64,000 nucleotides of DNA from Myxococcota bacterium (GCA_036229005.1 JAZAMN010000031.1:64001-128000), one strand, 5' to 3'. Positions 28,916 through 38,760 are shown, counted from the first letter of the stretch. Notes: generated by a model from the sequence alone, not told the origin. Made by a program: numbers and translations.

Positions 28916-30136
28916 TCAGGCCGCCTCTTCCTCCTCCTCCTCCTTCACAAGGTGAAGCGAGAAGGCCTCGGGTGCCTGGGCGCGGATGCCCTTGACGAGG
29001 TCTTCGTCGCTGAGGGTGGGGTCGGCGAGGCGGCGGCGGGCGACCTCGCGGACGAAGGCGCCGGTGAGGCCCTGGGTGAGCAGGGCCAGGGGCTGGACGC
29101 GCGGCAGCGGGACGCCGTAGTAGCCCAGGATGCGCGCGCGCTCGTCGAGATCGGGGGGCGGCAGGAACACGACCCGGTCCAGACGCCCCGCGCGCATGCC
29201 GGGCCAGTAGAGGCCACCGGGGCGGTTGGCGTCCTTGGCGGTCAGGGCGTCGTCCATGAAGGTGGCGATGACCAGGGGGACCTTGCCCTGCAGGCGATCC
29301 AGCAGGCCGGCCAGGCTCTGGTCCAGGCCGCCGCGCCCCAGCACGATGTCGTCCAGGAGCACGACGTCGGGGCGCAGCACCTTGGCCAGCTCCACGGCGG
29401 CGTCCTCGAAGCGCAGCCGCGCCGGGAACTGGAGGGTGCGGGCGCGCCCCAGAGCGGTGCGGGCCAGGCTGGTCTTGCCGGCCCCGGTGGGACCGACGAT
29501 CAGGGCGATGCGCGTGGCGCCGGTGCCCTGGGAGACCCAGGCCCGCAGGTCGTCGGCGACGCGCCCGATGGGGGCGTCCCGGACCTCGGCCAGAGGCGAC
29601 AGGGCGAGCTGCCAGTTGCTGGTGGACTCCTCCCCGACGACCCACGCGCTGCCCTGCTGCCAGATGCCCGAGAGCAGCTCGGCGGCCACGCCCGGGGCGC
29701 ACTCCACCAGCTCCCAGGACTCCCAGTCCTTGGTGGCCGCGACGACCGGCACGCCGTCCCGCTCCCAGAGCAGCAGCTCCGAGGCCGCGCCGCTGCGGCC
29801 GCTGCGCTGGGGCAGCTTGAGGGTGCGGAAGGCGCAGCGCTCCTTGAGCAGCGAGAGCAGCAGGGTCTGCACCATGGGCTTGTCGGCCACGGGGGTCCAG
29901 CCCTCGCGCTCCAGCAGCGAGCTCACGTCGGTGTCGGGGAGCAGGGCCTCGGCCAGGTGCCCGACCACGGAGACCACCGCGACGCCCCGCGCCAGGGGGC
30001 CACCCTCGCGGACCTCGCGCAGCGCACGCAGCACGCCATCCATCTCCCGCGTCGCATCCCGCAGGCGATCCAACACGCCAAAGACCTGCAGCCAGCGCAG
30101 GTCCTCACCACCAGTCTTGTTCTCTTGTGTTTCCAT
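28916..30136 (-). CDS. AAA+ ATPase with unknown N-terminal domain
   Basis: GPTGAGKT, VVLLDDI, MRAGRLD, LPPPD..ER..IL; ATG 30136. Confidence 0.85.
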   Translation of the reverse strand: METQENKTGGEDLRWLQVFGVLDRLRDATREMDGVLRALREVREGGPLARGVAVVSVVGHLAEALLPDTDVSSLLEREGWTPVADKPMVQTLLLSLLKERCAFRTLKLPQRSGRSGAASELLLWERDGVPVVAATKDWESWELVECAPGVAAELLSGIWQQGSAWVVGEESTSNWQLALSPLAEVRDAPIGRVADDLRAWVSQGTGATRIALIVGPTGAGKTSLARTALGRARTLQFPARLRFEDAAVELAKVLRPDVVLLDDIVLGRGGLDQSLAGLLDRLQGKVPLVIATFMDDALTAKDANRPGGLYWPGMRAGRLDRVVFLPPPDLDERARILGYYGVPLPRVQPLALLTQGLTGAFVREVARRRLADPTLSDEDLVKGIRAQAPEAFSLHLVKEEEEEEAA

Positions 30137-30180
30137 GGCGGGCAAGGGTAGGGCCCGGGCAAGATGCGACAACCCGCGAC

Positions 30181-30208
30181 TTGCCAGTTCACACGCCCGA
30201 CATAGACT
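30181..30208 (+). promoter_or_regulatory. possible sigma70-type promoter
   Basis: TTGCCA-N16-TAGACT, 10 nt before ATG 30219 (near-leaderless). Confidence 0.4.
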
Positions 30209-30218
30209 CCCCGGGGCC

Positions 30219-31061
30219 ATGGACGCATCCCTCCTCCAAGATCTGCTGGTCCAGGCCCTGAACCTCTCGCTGATGTTCTCGGTGGGCCTGGAGCTCGACC
30301 TGGCGCGGCTCCGCGCCATCCTGGACCGCAAGGCCTTGCTGCTCTCCGCCATCGCCTTCAACTTCCTGGCGGTGCCGGCGATGGCCGCCGGCCTGAACCA
30401 CCTGATGGTCCTCCCCGCGGGCGTCGCCACGGGACTGTTGCTCGCGGCCCTCTGCCCCGGGGGCGGCACCGGCACCCTGCTCACCCGCGCGGCCAAGGGC
30501 AGCCTGGAGCTCTCCGTGCTGCTGCTGGGGGTGCTCACGCTCCTGGCGGTCCCCCTGGTGCCCGTGCTGATGACCGTCGCGGGCGGGAGCCTGGACATCC
30601 AGCAGCAGGGGCCCGGTCCGCTGCTCAAGACGCTGCTGCTCTTCCAGCTCGCCCCCCTGCTGGCCGGGGTGGCCCTCAAGCGCGCCGCGAGTCAGGCTGC
30701 GGCGAAGGCCAACCGGGTGGCCAAGCCGGTCTCCAACACCATCTTCGGAGTGCTGGTGGTCGGGCTGCTCGTCACCCGGGGCCACCTGGTGACCACAGTC
30801 GGCCTGCCTGGGCTGACGGCCATGGTCATGGTCAGCCTGTCCTCGCTGGTGCTGCCGATCCTCTGGCCGCTGGAGCGCGCGGAGCGCGCGGCCTTGAGCC
30901 TGACCTCGGGGGTGAGGAACCTTGCGCTGGCGCTGCTGCTCTCCTCCTCCTTCTTCTCGGACGAGACGACCATCGCGGTGCTGAGCTTTGGGCTCTTCAT
31001 GTACCTGCTGGGCCTGCCGCTGGCGCTGATCTGGCGGGTTCGGGCTCCGGTGGGCGCCTGA
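30219..31061 (+). CDS. bile acid:sodium symporter family transporter
   Basis: MFSVGLEL, ALCPGG, TSGVRNLALAL; multiple TM segments. Confidence 0.88.
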   Translation: MDASLLQDLLVQALNLSLMFSVGLELDLARLRAILDRKALLLSAIAFNFLAVPAMAAGLNHLMVLPAGVATGLLLAALCPGGGTGTLLTRAAKGSLELSVLLLGVLTLLAVPLVPVLMTVAGGSLDIQQQGPGPLLKTLLLFQLAPLLAGVALKRAASQAAAKANRVAKPVSNTIFGVLVVGLLVTRGHLVTTVGLPGLTAMVMVSLSSLVLPILWPLERAERAALSLTSGVRNLALALLLSSSFFSDETTIAVLSFGLFMYLLGLPLALIWRVRAPVGA

Positions 31062-31098
31062 GCGGCGGTAGACTGGCGGCCGCTCACCCGAGGCTCCC

Positions 31099-32616
31099 AT
31101 GCTGCTGATTCTGGCCCTGCTCGCCTGCAAGAACGGCGATCCCGTGCAAGAGGACTCCGTGGTCGAGGTCCAGGACTCCGACAGCGACCCGGACCTGGAC
31201 GGCGACGGCTCCCCGGCCTCGGAGGACTGCGACGACAGCGACGCTGCGGTGCGCCCGGACGCCATCGAGACCTGCGATGGCATCGACAACGACTGCGACG
31301 AGGGGGTCGACGAGGGGGTGCAGACCACGTGGTGGGTTGATGAAGACGAGGACGGCTTCGGCGCCGGGGAACCCAGCACGGGCTGTGAGGCACCGGAGGG
31401 CAGCGCGGACAACGACGCGGACTGCGACGACACCGACCCCCAGGCCTGGCCCGAGGCCGAAGAGCTCTGTGACGGGGTGGACCAGGACTGCGATGGTGCC
31501 GTGGACGAGGGCGTGACCTTCACGGCCTGGGTGGACGCGGACGGCGACGGCTACGGGGACGAGGCCCAGCCGGTCGAGGTGTGCGAGCTGGAGGAGGGCA
31601 CCGCCGAGGTCTACGGAGACTGTGATGACACCCGCGACACGGTCAGCCCGGCGCTGGAGGAGGCCTGCGACGGCCTGGACAACGACTGCGACGAGACGGT
31701 GGACGAGGCCCTGGGCGAGGACGTGATGGTCACCCCAGATGGCTTCGAGGCCACACTGATCCTGGAGGACAGCGCCTATGCGTTCTCGGCGCTGGTGGTG
31801 GACCCCGTCACGGGCAACCTGCTCGTCACCAACGGCGGCTCCGGTCTGTACGAGGTCGACCCGGCCACCGGCACGATGACGCTGATCAGCAGCAACTCGC
31901 TGATCAAGCAGACCCCCAACGAGATGGTCTGGGGTGACGGCGTGCTGATCCCCAGCGACCAGCTCATGCTCAGCGAGCACAACGCGACCTCCAGCTCCAG
32001 CTGCTGCGAGGGCTCGGTGTATCAGGTGGACCCCAGCACGGGCAGCGTGACCACCTGGTGGACGGGCAGCCCCAGCAGCTCGGGCGCGGATCCCAAGGGC
32101 CTGGCCTTCCCCACCGACACCAGCGCGTGGGGCGAATACATCTACGTCTCCGACACCGCCGGCGCCACCAGCTCCCTGCCGCAGATCTGGCGGGGGAACA
32201 GCTCCGGCCGCGCCAGCTTCGTGCGCAGCTCCAGCACCTGGAGCACCAGCCACACCCCGCAGAAGATGGGCTTCGCGCCGGACTCCTGGGGCAACGAGCT
32301 CTACATCTACAACTCGCACAACCAGTACCTGCAGGTGGTGACGGCCAGCGGCTCGGTGTCGAGCTGGCTGAGCCCCGGCGCGGGCAACGGCATCGTGTGG
32401 TCCACGGCGGACACCTGGCACGACGCGGCGGGCGACGAGCAGCTCTACATGGTCGGCGAAGACCTCGTCCAGATCGCGGTGGACGGCACCACGACGGTGT
32501 GGGCGACGCCCCCCGACGGCGGCAACGACCTGGCCTTCTCCGCCGACGGCGAGACCCTGTACCTGGAGTGGAACGACGGCATCATCGCCATCGACGCCTG
32601 CGAGGTGAGCGAGTGA
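31099..32616 (+). CDS. lipoprotein with MopE-like repeats and C-terminal beta-propeller
   Basis: LALLAC; three DCDD/CDGxDNDC repeats; propeller-like blades. Confidence 0.85.
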   Translation: MLLILALLACKNGDPVQEDSVVEVQDSDSDPDLDGDGSPASEDCDDSDAAVRPDAIETCDGIDNDCDEGVDEGVQTTWWVDEDEDGFGAGEPSTGCEAPEGSADNDADCDDTDPQAWPEAEELCDGVDQDCDGAVDEGVTFTAWVDADGDGYGDEAQPVEVCELEEGTAEVYGDCDDTRDTVSPALEEACDGLDNDCDETVDEALGEDVMVTPDGFEATLILEDSAYAFSALVVDPVTGNLLVTNGGSGLYEVDPATGTMTLISSNSLIKQTPNEMVWGDGVLIPSDQLMLSEHNATSSSSCCEGSVYQVDPSTGSVTTWWTGSPSSSGADPKGLAFPTDTSAWGEYIYVSDTAGATSSLPQIWRGNSSGRASFVRSSSTWSTSHTPQKMGFAPDSWGNELYIYNSHNQYLQVVTASGSVSSWLSPGAGNGIVWSTADTWHDAAGDEQLYMVGEDLVQIAVDGTTTVWATPPDGGNDLAFSADGETLYLEWNDGIIAIDACEVSE

Positions 32617-33020
32617 AGCAGCTCACGCTCCCCTTCCGCACCCCGGGCCGCGGGTTCACCGACATCAGCGACGCCCTGGCCGAGGTCGTCTCGGAGGCCC
32701 GGGTCGAGACGGGCCTCTGTCACATCTTCCTGATGCACACCAGCGCGTCGCTGATCGTGCAGGAGAACGCAGATCCCGACGTGCTGCGCGATCTGGAGGA
32801 GTGGATGCTGCGACACATTCCCGACGGCGACGCGTATCACCACAGCGCGGAGGGCCCGGACGACATGCCCGCGCACATCCGCGCCGCGCTGACGGCGACC
32901 TCGCTGACGCTACCGGTCCAACACGGAAAGCTCGCGCTGGGCACATGGCAGGCGGTGTACCTGTATGAGCACAGGCACCACCCTCACTTGAGACAGGTAT
33001 TGGTGACGGTGATGGGCTGA
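32613..33020 (+). CDS. yjbQ: YjbQ/UPF0047 secondary thiamine-phosphate synthase family
   Basis: HTSASL..QENADPDV, EGPDDMPAHI, LGTWQAVYL.EHR; GTGA overlap. Confidence 0.93.
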   Translation: MKQLTLPFRTPGRGFTDISDALAEVVSEARVETGLCHIFLMHTSASLIVQENADPDVLRDLEEWMLRHIPDGDAYHHSAEGPDDMPAHIRAALTATSLTLPVQHGKLALGTWQAVYLYEHRHHPHLRQVLVTVMG

Positions 33021-33101
33021 GGGAGGCTGGGGGCTGTCACACGCGGGGGTGGGGCGGCGTATTGGCCTGTCACAGGAATGCGGGCAGAGGGAGACGGACA
33101 C

Positions 33102-34409
33102 ATGATGACGAGCATCGGCCTCTGGGCGGCCTTGAGCCCCAGCGCGGCGGCCTTCTGTGGCGCCTACGTGGGCGGGCTGGACGACGGGGAGCTCTCCAAC
33201 CACACAAGTCAGGTGGTGCTGGCGCGGGATGGGCTGCGGACGACCCTGACCCTGGCGAACGATCTGGAGGGGGACGCGACCGACTTCGCGCTGCTGATCC
33301 CGGTCCCGGAGCTGGATCCGGAGGACGTGCGGGTGCTGGATCCCAGCGTGCTTCAGGAGTTGGATGGATACACGGGGCCGCGGCTGGTGGCGTACACCTG
33401 CGAGGACTTCCACTACCCGCCTGCCGACCGAGAGCTCTTCTCCTGGGGCTGCAGGGTCGACTACGAGATGACTCAGAGCAGCGACGGCTGGGGCCCCTCC
33501 GAGGCCAGCACGGTCCAGATCGAGGCCGAGTTCACCGCCGGCGAGTACGAGCTGGTGATCCTCAACGCCGAACAGGCCTCCGACCTCTTGGGCTGGCTGG
33601 ACGACAACGACTACGGCGCCCCCGCGGAGACCCAGGAGCTGCTGCAGGAGTACATCGACCAAGGCACCAGCTTCCTGGCGGCCCGGGTCTCGCTGGACGC
33701 GCAGGCCCAGGGGGTGGAGTGGCTGTCTCCCCTGCAGCTCAGCTACAGCTCCGAGAGCCTGACCCTGCCCATCCTGTTGGGGACGGCGAACTCACCGGGG
33801 GAGCAGGAGCTCATCCTGACGGGCATCCTGCCCCGTGAGCAGGGGGAGCTGGCGATCTCCAACTACCCCCAGCGGACGCTGCCCTACAACGAGTGCATGC
33901 TGCCGGAGGGAGCCGACTATTCCAGCTTCTACGCCGAGACTCTGGATGAGAGCTTCAACCAAGACGACGGGGAGGCCGGCTGGCTGGTCGAGTATTCCTG
34001 GAGCGGCGGCAAGTGCGATCCCTGTCCACCCCAGGGGGAGCTGAGCGAGACCCTGGTGCAAGAGCTGGGATTCTCCGCAGGCACCTCGGAGGCCCACGTC
34101 ACCCGCCTGCGCATGCGCTACAGCCCCGAGCAGGTCCACGCCGATCTGGCGCTCTACGGCAGCGGCTTCGGGAACTTCACCCAGTCCCGATTCATCGAGC
34201 ACAACCCCAACCTGGGCGACCGCTTCGAGGTCTGCGGCCAAGGCCTCATCGAGAGCCTGGGCGACTGCGAGGAGGAGTTCGAGGTGCTGGACGCCCAAGC
34301 CGAGGAGTCGGAGGGCTGCTCAGCCCGGCCCGGGCGCGGGTCGGTGGCGTGGTTGGGGGTCTTGGTGGGGCTGCTGTTGATGCGGCGGCGTTCGCTCCCC
34401 AGGGGCTAG
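33102..34409 (+). CDS. DUF2330 protein with MYXO-CTERM-like sorting tail
   Basis: AAAFCGAYV, DFALLIPVP, PRLVAY, CDPC; C-terminal GCSARPG + TM + RRR. Confidence 0.88.
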   Translation: MMTSIGLWAALSPSAAAFCGAYVGGLDDGELSNHTSQVVLARDGLRTTLTLANDLEGDATDFALLIPVPELDPEDVRVLDPSVLQELDGYTGPRLVAYTCEDFHYPPADRELFSWGCRVDYEMTQSSDGWGPSEASTVQIEAEFTAGEYELVILNAEQASDLLGWLDDNDYGAPAETQELLQEYIDQGTSFLAARVSLDAQAQGVEWLSPLQLSYSSESLTLPILLGTANSPGEQELILTGILPREQGELAISNYPQRTLPYNECMLPEGADYSSFYAETLDESFNQDDGEAGWLVEYSWSGGKCDPCPPQGELSETLVQELGFSAGTSEAHVTRLRMRYSPEQVHADLALYGSGFGNFTQSRFIEHNPNLGDRFEVCGQGLIESLGDCEEEFEVLDAQAEESEGCSARPGRGSVAWLGVLVGLLLMRRRSLPRG

Positions 34410-36016
34410 AACAGACTCCCCTGCCCTGACTCCTGGAGGCTCTGGGGAGTGAGGTGCTCGCCGGCCTGCAAGGCTGCGTGGACCACCTCGAACACCCGCT
34501 GGTCCTCCGCCTGCTTCTCTGCGCTGCGCCTCCCAAGCGAGGACACCACGATGTTCATGCGGTGGTTCTCCGAGAACACCTCCCGGTGTCGGGCCAAGAA
34601 GGCCCAGTACATGGGGGTCAGCGGGCAGGTCTTCTTGGGGTGGAAGGCGCACTGCGCGCAGGCGTCGCCCATCTTGTGGATGTAGTTGGCGCCGGAGACG
34701 TAGGGCTTGGTGGTCATCAGTTCGCCGACGCCGAAGCTGCCCATACCGACCACGTTGGGCTCCACGACCCAGTCGAAGGCGTCGATGAAGCCCACCCAGA
34801 ACCAGTCGGAGAGGGCCCAGGGGTCCACGTCCAGCAGGGTGGCGATGTTGGCGAGCACCATCAGGCGGGGGATGTGGTGGGTCCAGCCGGTCTCCCAGAC
34901 GGCGGCGACCTCTCGGTCCAGGCACTCGAGGCCGGTGGGCGCGCCCTCCCAGTAGCCGGGGGGCAAGGGGGCGCTGCGGGAGAGGGGGTCGCTGAGCGCC
35001 TGGCCCTGGAAGCGGCGCATGCCGTCGGTGACGCGGTGGATGTGTCGCACAAACTCGCGCCAACCCAGGAGCTGGCGTACGAAGCCCTCTTTGGAGTTGA
35101 GCGGGACGTCCAGCGCCAGGGCGTCCGAGAGCACCTGCGCAGGCAGCAGGCGGTGCAGGTTGAGCAGCGGCGAGATGCGCGTGTGGAAGAGGCCCCGGGA
35201 GCGCGTGGACATGGCGTCCTCGAAGGGGCCAAAGTGCGTCATGCAGGCGCGCTGCGCCCACGCCCACAGGGACCTCGCTTGGGCCAGGGTGCCTGGGATC
35301 TGGGAGCCATCCAGCCGGCCGGGGTGGTGGGCAAAGTGCTCCGAGACGAGCGCCAGCACCTCCTCCTTGATGGGGTCGCTGGGGAAGCTGGGGGGCTCGG
35401 GGGCGGGCGGGTCACCCTTCCAGGGCTCGCGGTTGTCGCCGTCGAAGGAGAAGCGGCCCCCCACCGGCTTGCCGTCCTGCATCAGGATGCCGGTGCGCTT
35501 GCGGAGGTTGCGGTAGAAGGCGTCCATGCGGAAGGGGCCCTTGCCGGCCTTGGCGAAGTCGGCCTCGCGGCTCAGCCAGCCTTCGTGGGGGATGCGCTCG
35601 AGCAGGCCCTGGTCAAAGAGGGGCTGGAGCTCGGTCCGCAGCTCGCGCTCGGCGGGGTCCATGCACTGGAGGGGCCCCAGCTCGGCGGCCTGCTGTCGCA
35701 AGAACTCGGCGTAGGGGGCGTCCCCGTGCAGGTAGCGCACGGCCACCCCGCGGCGGGCCTGCTCCAGGACAAAGTGGCGCATGTTGGTGAGCAGCAGGGC
35801 CAGCTTCTGCTTGTGGTAGGGCCGCCGGGCGGGCTTGTGGCGGGTCTCGATGAGCACGATGCCCAGGGACTCCGGCGGCAGGCGGGAGAGCGGGCCGATG
35901 CCGTCGCTGAGCTGGTCGTAGGGGACGTAGAGCCAGCGGCGGGCGCTGGGGTCGCCCCCGTGCGGGGCGGACTGGGCGGACAGGGCGGCGGCGAGCTGCT
36001 GGCGGAAGACGGACAC
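34406..36016 (-). CDS. FeS-cluster bacterial cryptochrome/photolyase (FeS-BCP, (6-4) photolyase-related)
   Basis: YDQL, HKQKL, FDGDNR, HHIPRLMV, DAFDWV..PNVVGM, TKPY.SGANYI; four Cys (LECL, DACAQC, TCPL). Confidence 0.92.
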   Translation of the reverse strand: MSVFRQQLAAALSAQSAPHGGDPSARRWLYVPYDQLSDGIGPLSRLPPESLGIVLIETRHKPARRPYHKQKLALLLTNMRHFVLEQARRGVAVRYLHGDAPYAEFLRQQAAELGPLQCMDPAERELRTELQPLFDQGLLERIPHEGWLSREADFAKAGKGPFRMDAFYRNLRKRTGILMQDGKPVGGRFSFDGDNREPWKGDPPAPEPPSFPSDPIKEEVLALVSEHFAHHPGRLDGSQIPGTLAQARSLWAWAQRACMTHFGPFEDAMSTRSRGLFHTRISPLLNLHRLLPAQVLSDALALDVPLNSKEGFVRQLLGWREFVRHIHRVTDGMRRFQGQALSDPLSRSAPLPPGYWEGAPTGLECLDREVAAVWETGWTHHIPRLMVLANIATLLDVDPWALSDWFWVGFIDAFDWVVEPNVVGMGSFGVGELMTTKPYVSGANYIHKMGDACAQCAFHPKKTCPLTPMYWAFLARHREVFSENHRMNIVVSSLGRRSAEKQAEDQRVFEVVHAALQAGEHLTPQSLQESGQGSLF

Positions 36017-36088
36017 GGTGACCTCGGCTGCGGTGGGGAGTCAGCGAGGGGTTCTTGCAACTCTGAGCCCCAAGGGGTGAACCCAGGC

Positions 36089-38443
36089 ATGTCCCAGCTC
36101 TCCCTGCGTCCTCCCTTCCTCCCTCCCCTGCTGGCCGAGCGGCTGCTGTCGAACCCGGCGCCTCGGGCCGGTGAGTTCGTGCTCTATTGGCCTCGGGTCT
36201 CGGTGCGGGCGCAGGAGAACCCGGCGCTGGATGTCGCGCGCTTTCTGGCCGCCGAGCTGGATCTTCCGCTGCTGACCTACCACGGACTCTCGGAGCGCTA
36301 CCCCCACGCGAGCGACCGGCACCACGCCTTCATCCTGCAGGGGGCGCGGGACATGCAGCGGGCTCTGCGGGAGCGAGGAGAGCGGCTGGTGTCCCACGTT
36401 CAGCGGCGGGGTCACCGTCAGGACACCCTCAAGGCTCTGGCTCAGCGGGCGGCCGTGGTGGTCGTCGAGGCCATGCCGATGCCCTTTTTGCAGCGCTGGA
36501 CGCAGGTCGTGGCGGAGCTCGCGCCGCTGTGGGAGGTGGACGCGAGCTGCCTTGTGCCCCTGGGCAGCCTGGACAAGCAGCCGCAGCGGGCCTTTGCCCT
36601 CCGCAAGAAGACCACGCCCCTGAGACAGGATCCCTACGCGGCGGGGGACTGGGATCCGCCGACCGTGCGGGCCTTTGGCGGCGATGTGGGCTTTGCGTCC
36701 CTGGACCTGACACAGATCGATCTCGCGGAGCTGATCGGGCAGTGCGACGTGGACCACACGGTCTGCCCGGTCGCGCACACGCAGGGTGGCAGCGTGGCCG
36801 CGACCGAACGCTGGGAGGCCTTCCTGGACGGCCCCATCCAGCGCTACGCCCGCGACCGGAACAACGCGGCCCGGCCCCTGGCGGTCTCGCGCCTGAGCCC
36901 CTGGCTGCACTACGGGCACATCTCGCCCTTTCGGGTGGCCCGGCAGGCAATGGCGGTGGGCGCGGACAAGTTCCTGGACGAGCTGCTGGTCTGGCGGGAG
37001 CTGGCCTGGCACCACTGTCACCACGCCCAGGTACACCCCCAGACCTGGGAGGCCCTGCCCCAATGGGCCCGCGACACCCTGCTGGAGCACGAGGACCACA
37101 GCAGCGCCCAGCCCCCCTGGAACCTGGACGAGGGGCGCACTGGCATCGAGCTCTTCGACCTCTGCGCCCGCAGCCTGCGCACCCACGGCGAGCTGCACAA
37201 CAACCTGCGCATGACCTGGGGCAAGGCGCTGCTGGGGCTGAGTCACGGCCCCAAGGAGGCGCTGGCCTGGCTCTTTGGGATCAACAACCGCTACGCCCTG
37301 GACGGCCGCGACCCCAACTCGGTGGCGGGGCTGAGCTGGTGCCTGGGCAACCTGGACCGCCCCTTCGCCCCCGCGCGGCCGGTCTTTGGGCGGGTGCGCT
37401 CGCGCTCGGTGGCCCAGCACGCAAAGCGCCTGGACATCCCCCAGTATCGGCGCTGGGTGGAGCGCCCCATCGGGCAGCGACTGCCCCGGGTGCTGGTGGT
37501 CGGCGCGGGGCTGGCGGGGGCGGCGGCGGCCTGGACCCTGCGGCAGGCCGGGGTGCCGCACCGCGTGGTGGACAAGGGGCGCGGGGTGGGCGGGCGCATG
37601 TCCTCTCGGCGCTCGGAGGCCGGCCGCTTCGACCACGGGGCCCAGTGCTTCACGGTGCGCGATGACCGCTTCTTCCGCACCCTGGACCTGCTCGCCCAGA
37701 GCGGCCACGCGGCCCAGTGGCACGCCCGCTTGGGACGCTTCGACGGGACCTGGTCCCCCCTGGAGCTGGAGCTGGAGCACGGCCGCTGGGTGGGCGCGCC
37801 CACCATGAACGCCATCCCCAAGGCGCTGCTGGAGGGGAGCGAGGTGGACCTGGGTGTCCGGGTCACCGGGGTACACCGCGAAGGGGACGGGTGGCGCGTG
37901 GTCAGCGCCGACGGGGAGCTGGGTCTCTTCGACGAGGTCATCCTGACGCTGCCCGCCCCCCAAGCGGTGGCGCTGCTGGGGCCCGAGAATCCGCTGTCGC
38001 AAGAGCTGGCGCGGGTGCAGATCGCGCCTTGCTGGGCGGGCCTGGCGGTGGGCGAAGCGGGCCTGGAGTGGGAGGCCGCCGAGGTGGTGGGCAGCCCGCT
38101 GCGCTGGGTCGCGCGGCAGGATGTCCTCGCTGGCAGGCAGGGGGTCGAGCGGTGGGTGCTGCACGCGAGCCCACAGTGGTCTGCCGCAAATCTGGAGTGC
38201 ACCAAAGAGCAGGCGGCCCAGGCTCTGGGGCAGGCCTTCACGGAGCTGACCGGCCGAGCTTGGCCGGAGCTGCAGGCGCACCGCTGGCGCTACAGCCTGG
38301 TGACCCAGGCGCTGGGCGTGGACTTCCTCAGCCATCAGGGGCTGCGCCACGCGGGGGACGGGTGCCTGGGCGGGCGCGTGGAGGCGGCGTACTTGAGCGG
38401 GGTGGCAGCGGCGGGGGCCGTGGTGCGGGAGGCGGTGCTGTGA
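36089..38443 (+). CDS. class II CPD photolyase fused to a renalase-type FAD-dependent oxidoreductase
   Basis: SRLSPWLHYGHISP, LHNNLRMTWGK, YALDGRDPNS; then VVGAGLAG, DKGRGVGGRMSSRR, FDHGAQ, GDGCLGGRVEAAYLSG. Confidence 0.9.
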   Translation: MSQLSLRPPFLPPLLAERLLSNPAPRAGEFVLYWPRVSVRAQENPALDVARFLAAELDLPLLTYHGLSERYPHASDRHHAFILQGARDMQRALRERGERLVSHVQRRGHRQDTLKALAQRAAVVVVEAMPMPFLQRWTQVVAELAPLWEVDASCLVPLGSLDKQPQRAFALRKKTTPLRQDPYAAGDWDPPTVRAFGGDVGFASLDLTQIDLAELIGQCDVDHTVCPVAHTQGGSVAATERWEAFLDGPIQRYARDRNNAARPLAVSRLSPWLHYGHISPFRVARQAMAVGADKFLDELLVWRELAWHHCHHAQVHPQTWEALPQWARDTLLEHEDHSSAQPPWNLDEGRTGIELFDLCARSLRTHGELHNNLRMTWGKALLGLSHGPKEALAWLFGINNRYALDGRDPNSVAGLSWCLGNLDRPFAPARPVFGRVRSRSVAQHAKRLDIPQYRRWVERPIGQRLPRVLVVGAGLAGAAAAWTLRQAGVPHRVVDKGRGVGGRMSSRRSEAGRFDHGAQCFTVRDDRFFRTLDLLAQSGHAAQWHARLGRFDGTWSPLELELEHGRWVGAPTMNAIPKALLEGSEVDLGVRVTGVHREGDGWRVVSADGELGLFDEVILTLPAPQAVALLGPENPLSQELARVQIAPCWAGLAVGEAGLEWEAAEVVGSPLRWVARQDVLAGRQGVERWVLHASPQWSAANLECTKEQAAQALGQAFTELTGRAWPELQAHRWRYSLVTQALGVDFLSHQGLRHAGDGCLGGRVEAAYLSGVAAAGAVVREAVL

Positions 38444-38450
38444 GATCGAT

Positions 38451-38747
38451 GGCTACGGGGGCTGAGTGAGCGAGACCCTGTGGCTACGGGGGCTGAGTGA
38501 GCGACTTTCTGCGGCTACGGCATCTCAGTGAGCGGATCGGCGACCGATCGAGGCCTTGGAGGTGCCTAAGAGGCCCTTTGGACTCCCCAAATGCCGCTTC
38601 CGCCCCTCTGCGCGGCCAGATCGGTGGGCCAAGCGCTCACCGGTGGGGCGTAGCCTCGGAAGAGCGCTCACTCAGGGGGCGTAGCTTCGGGGTGCCGCTC
38701 AATCAGGGGGCGTAGCCTCGGGGTGCCGCTCAGTCGCGGTGCTGGCC
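38451..38747. repeat. second inverted pair of 31-bp-period tandem arrays (3 forward + 3 reverse + 1 degenerate)
   Basis: GGCTACGGNNNCTSAGTGAGCG at 38451/38482/38513; CGCTCA.....GGGGCGTAGC at 38634/38665/38696; degenerate unit at 38727. Confidence 0.9.
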
Positions 38748-38760
38748 GTCCCGGTCGTAC

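Noticed and set aside
34454..36088. 1329-aa giant photolyase ORF, and N-terminal extensions of ORFs 12127, 28916, 29226, 49411 and 54478
   Set aside because: The extensions overlap genuine neighbouring genes; family homology and RBS or overlap evidence begin at the downstream starts listed in the features.
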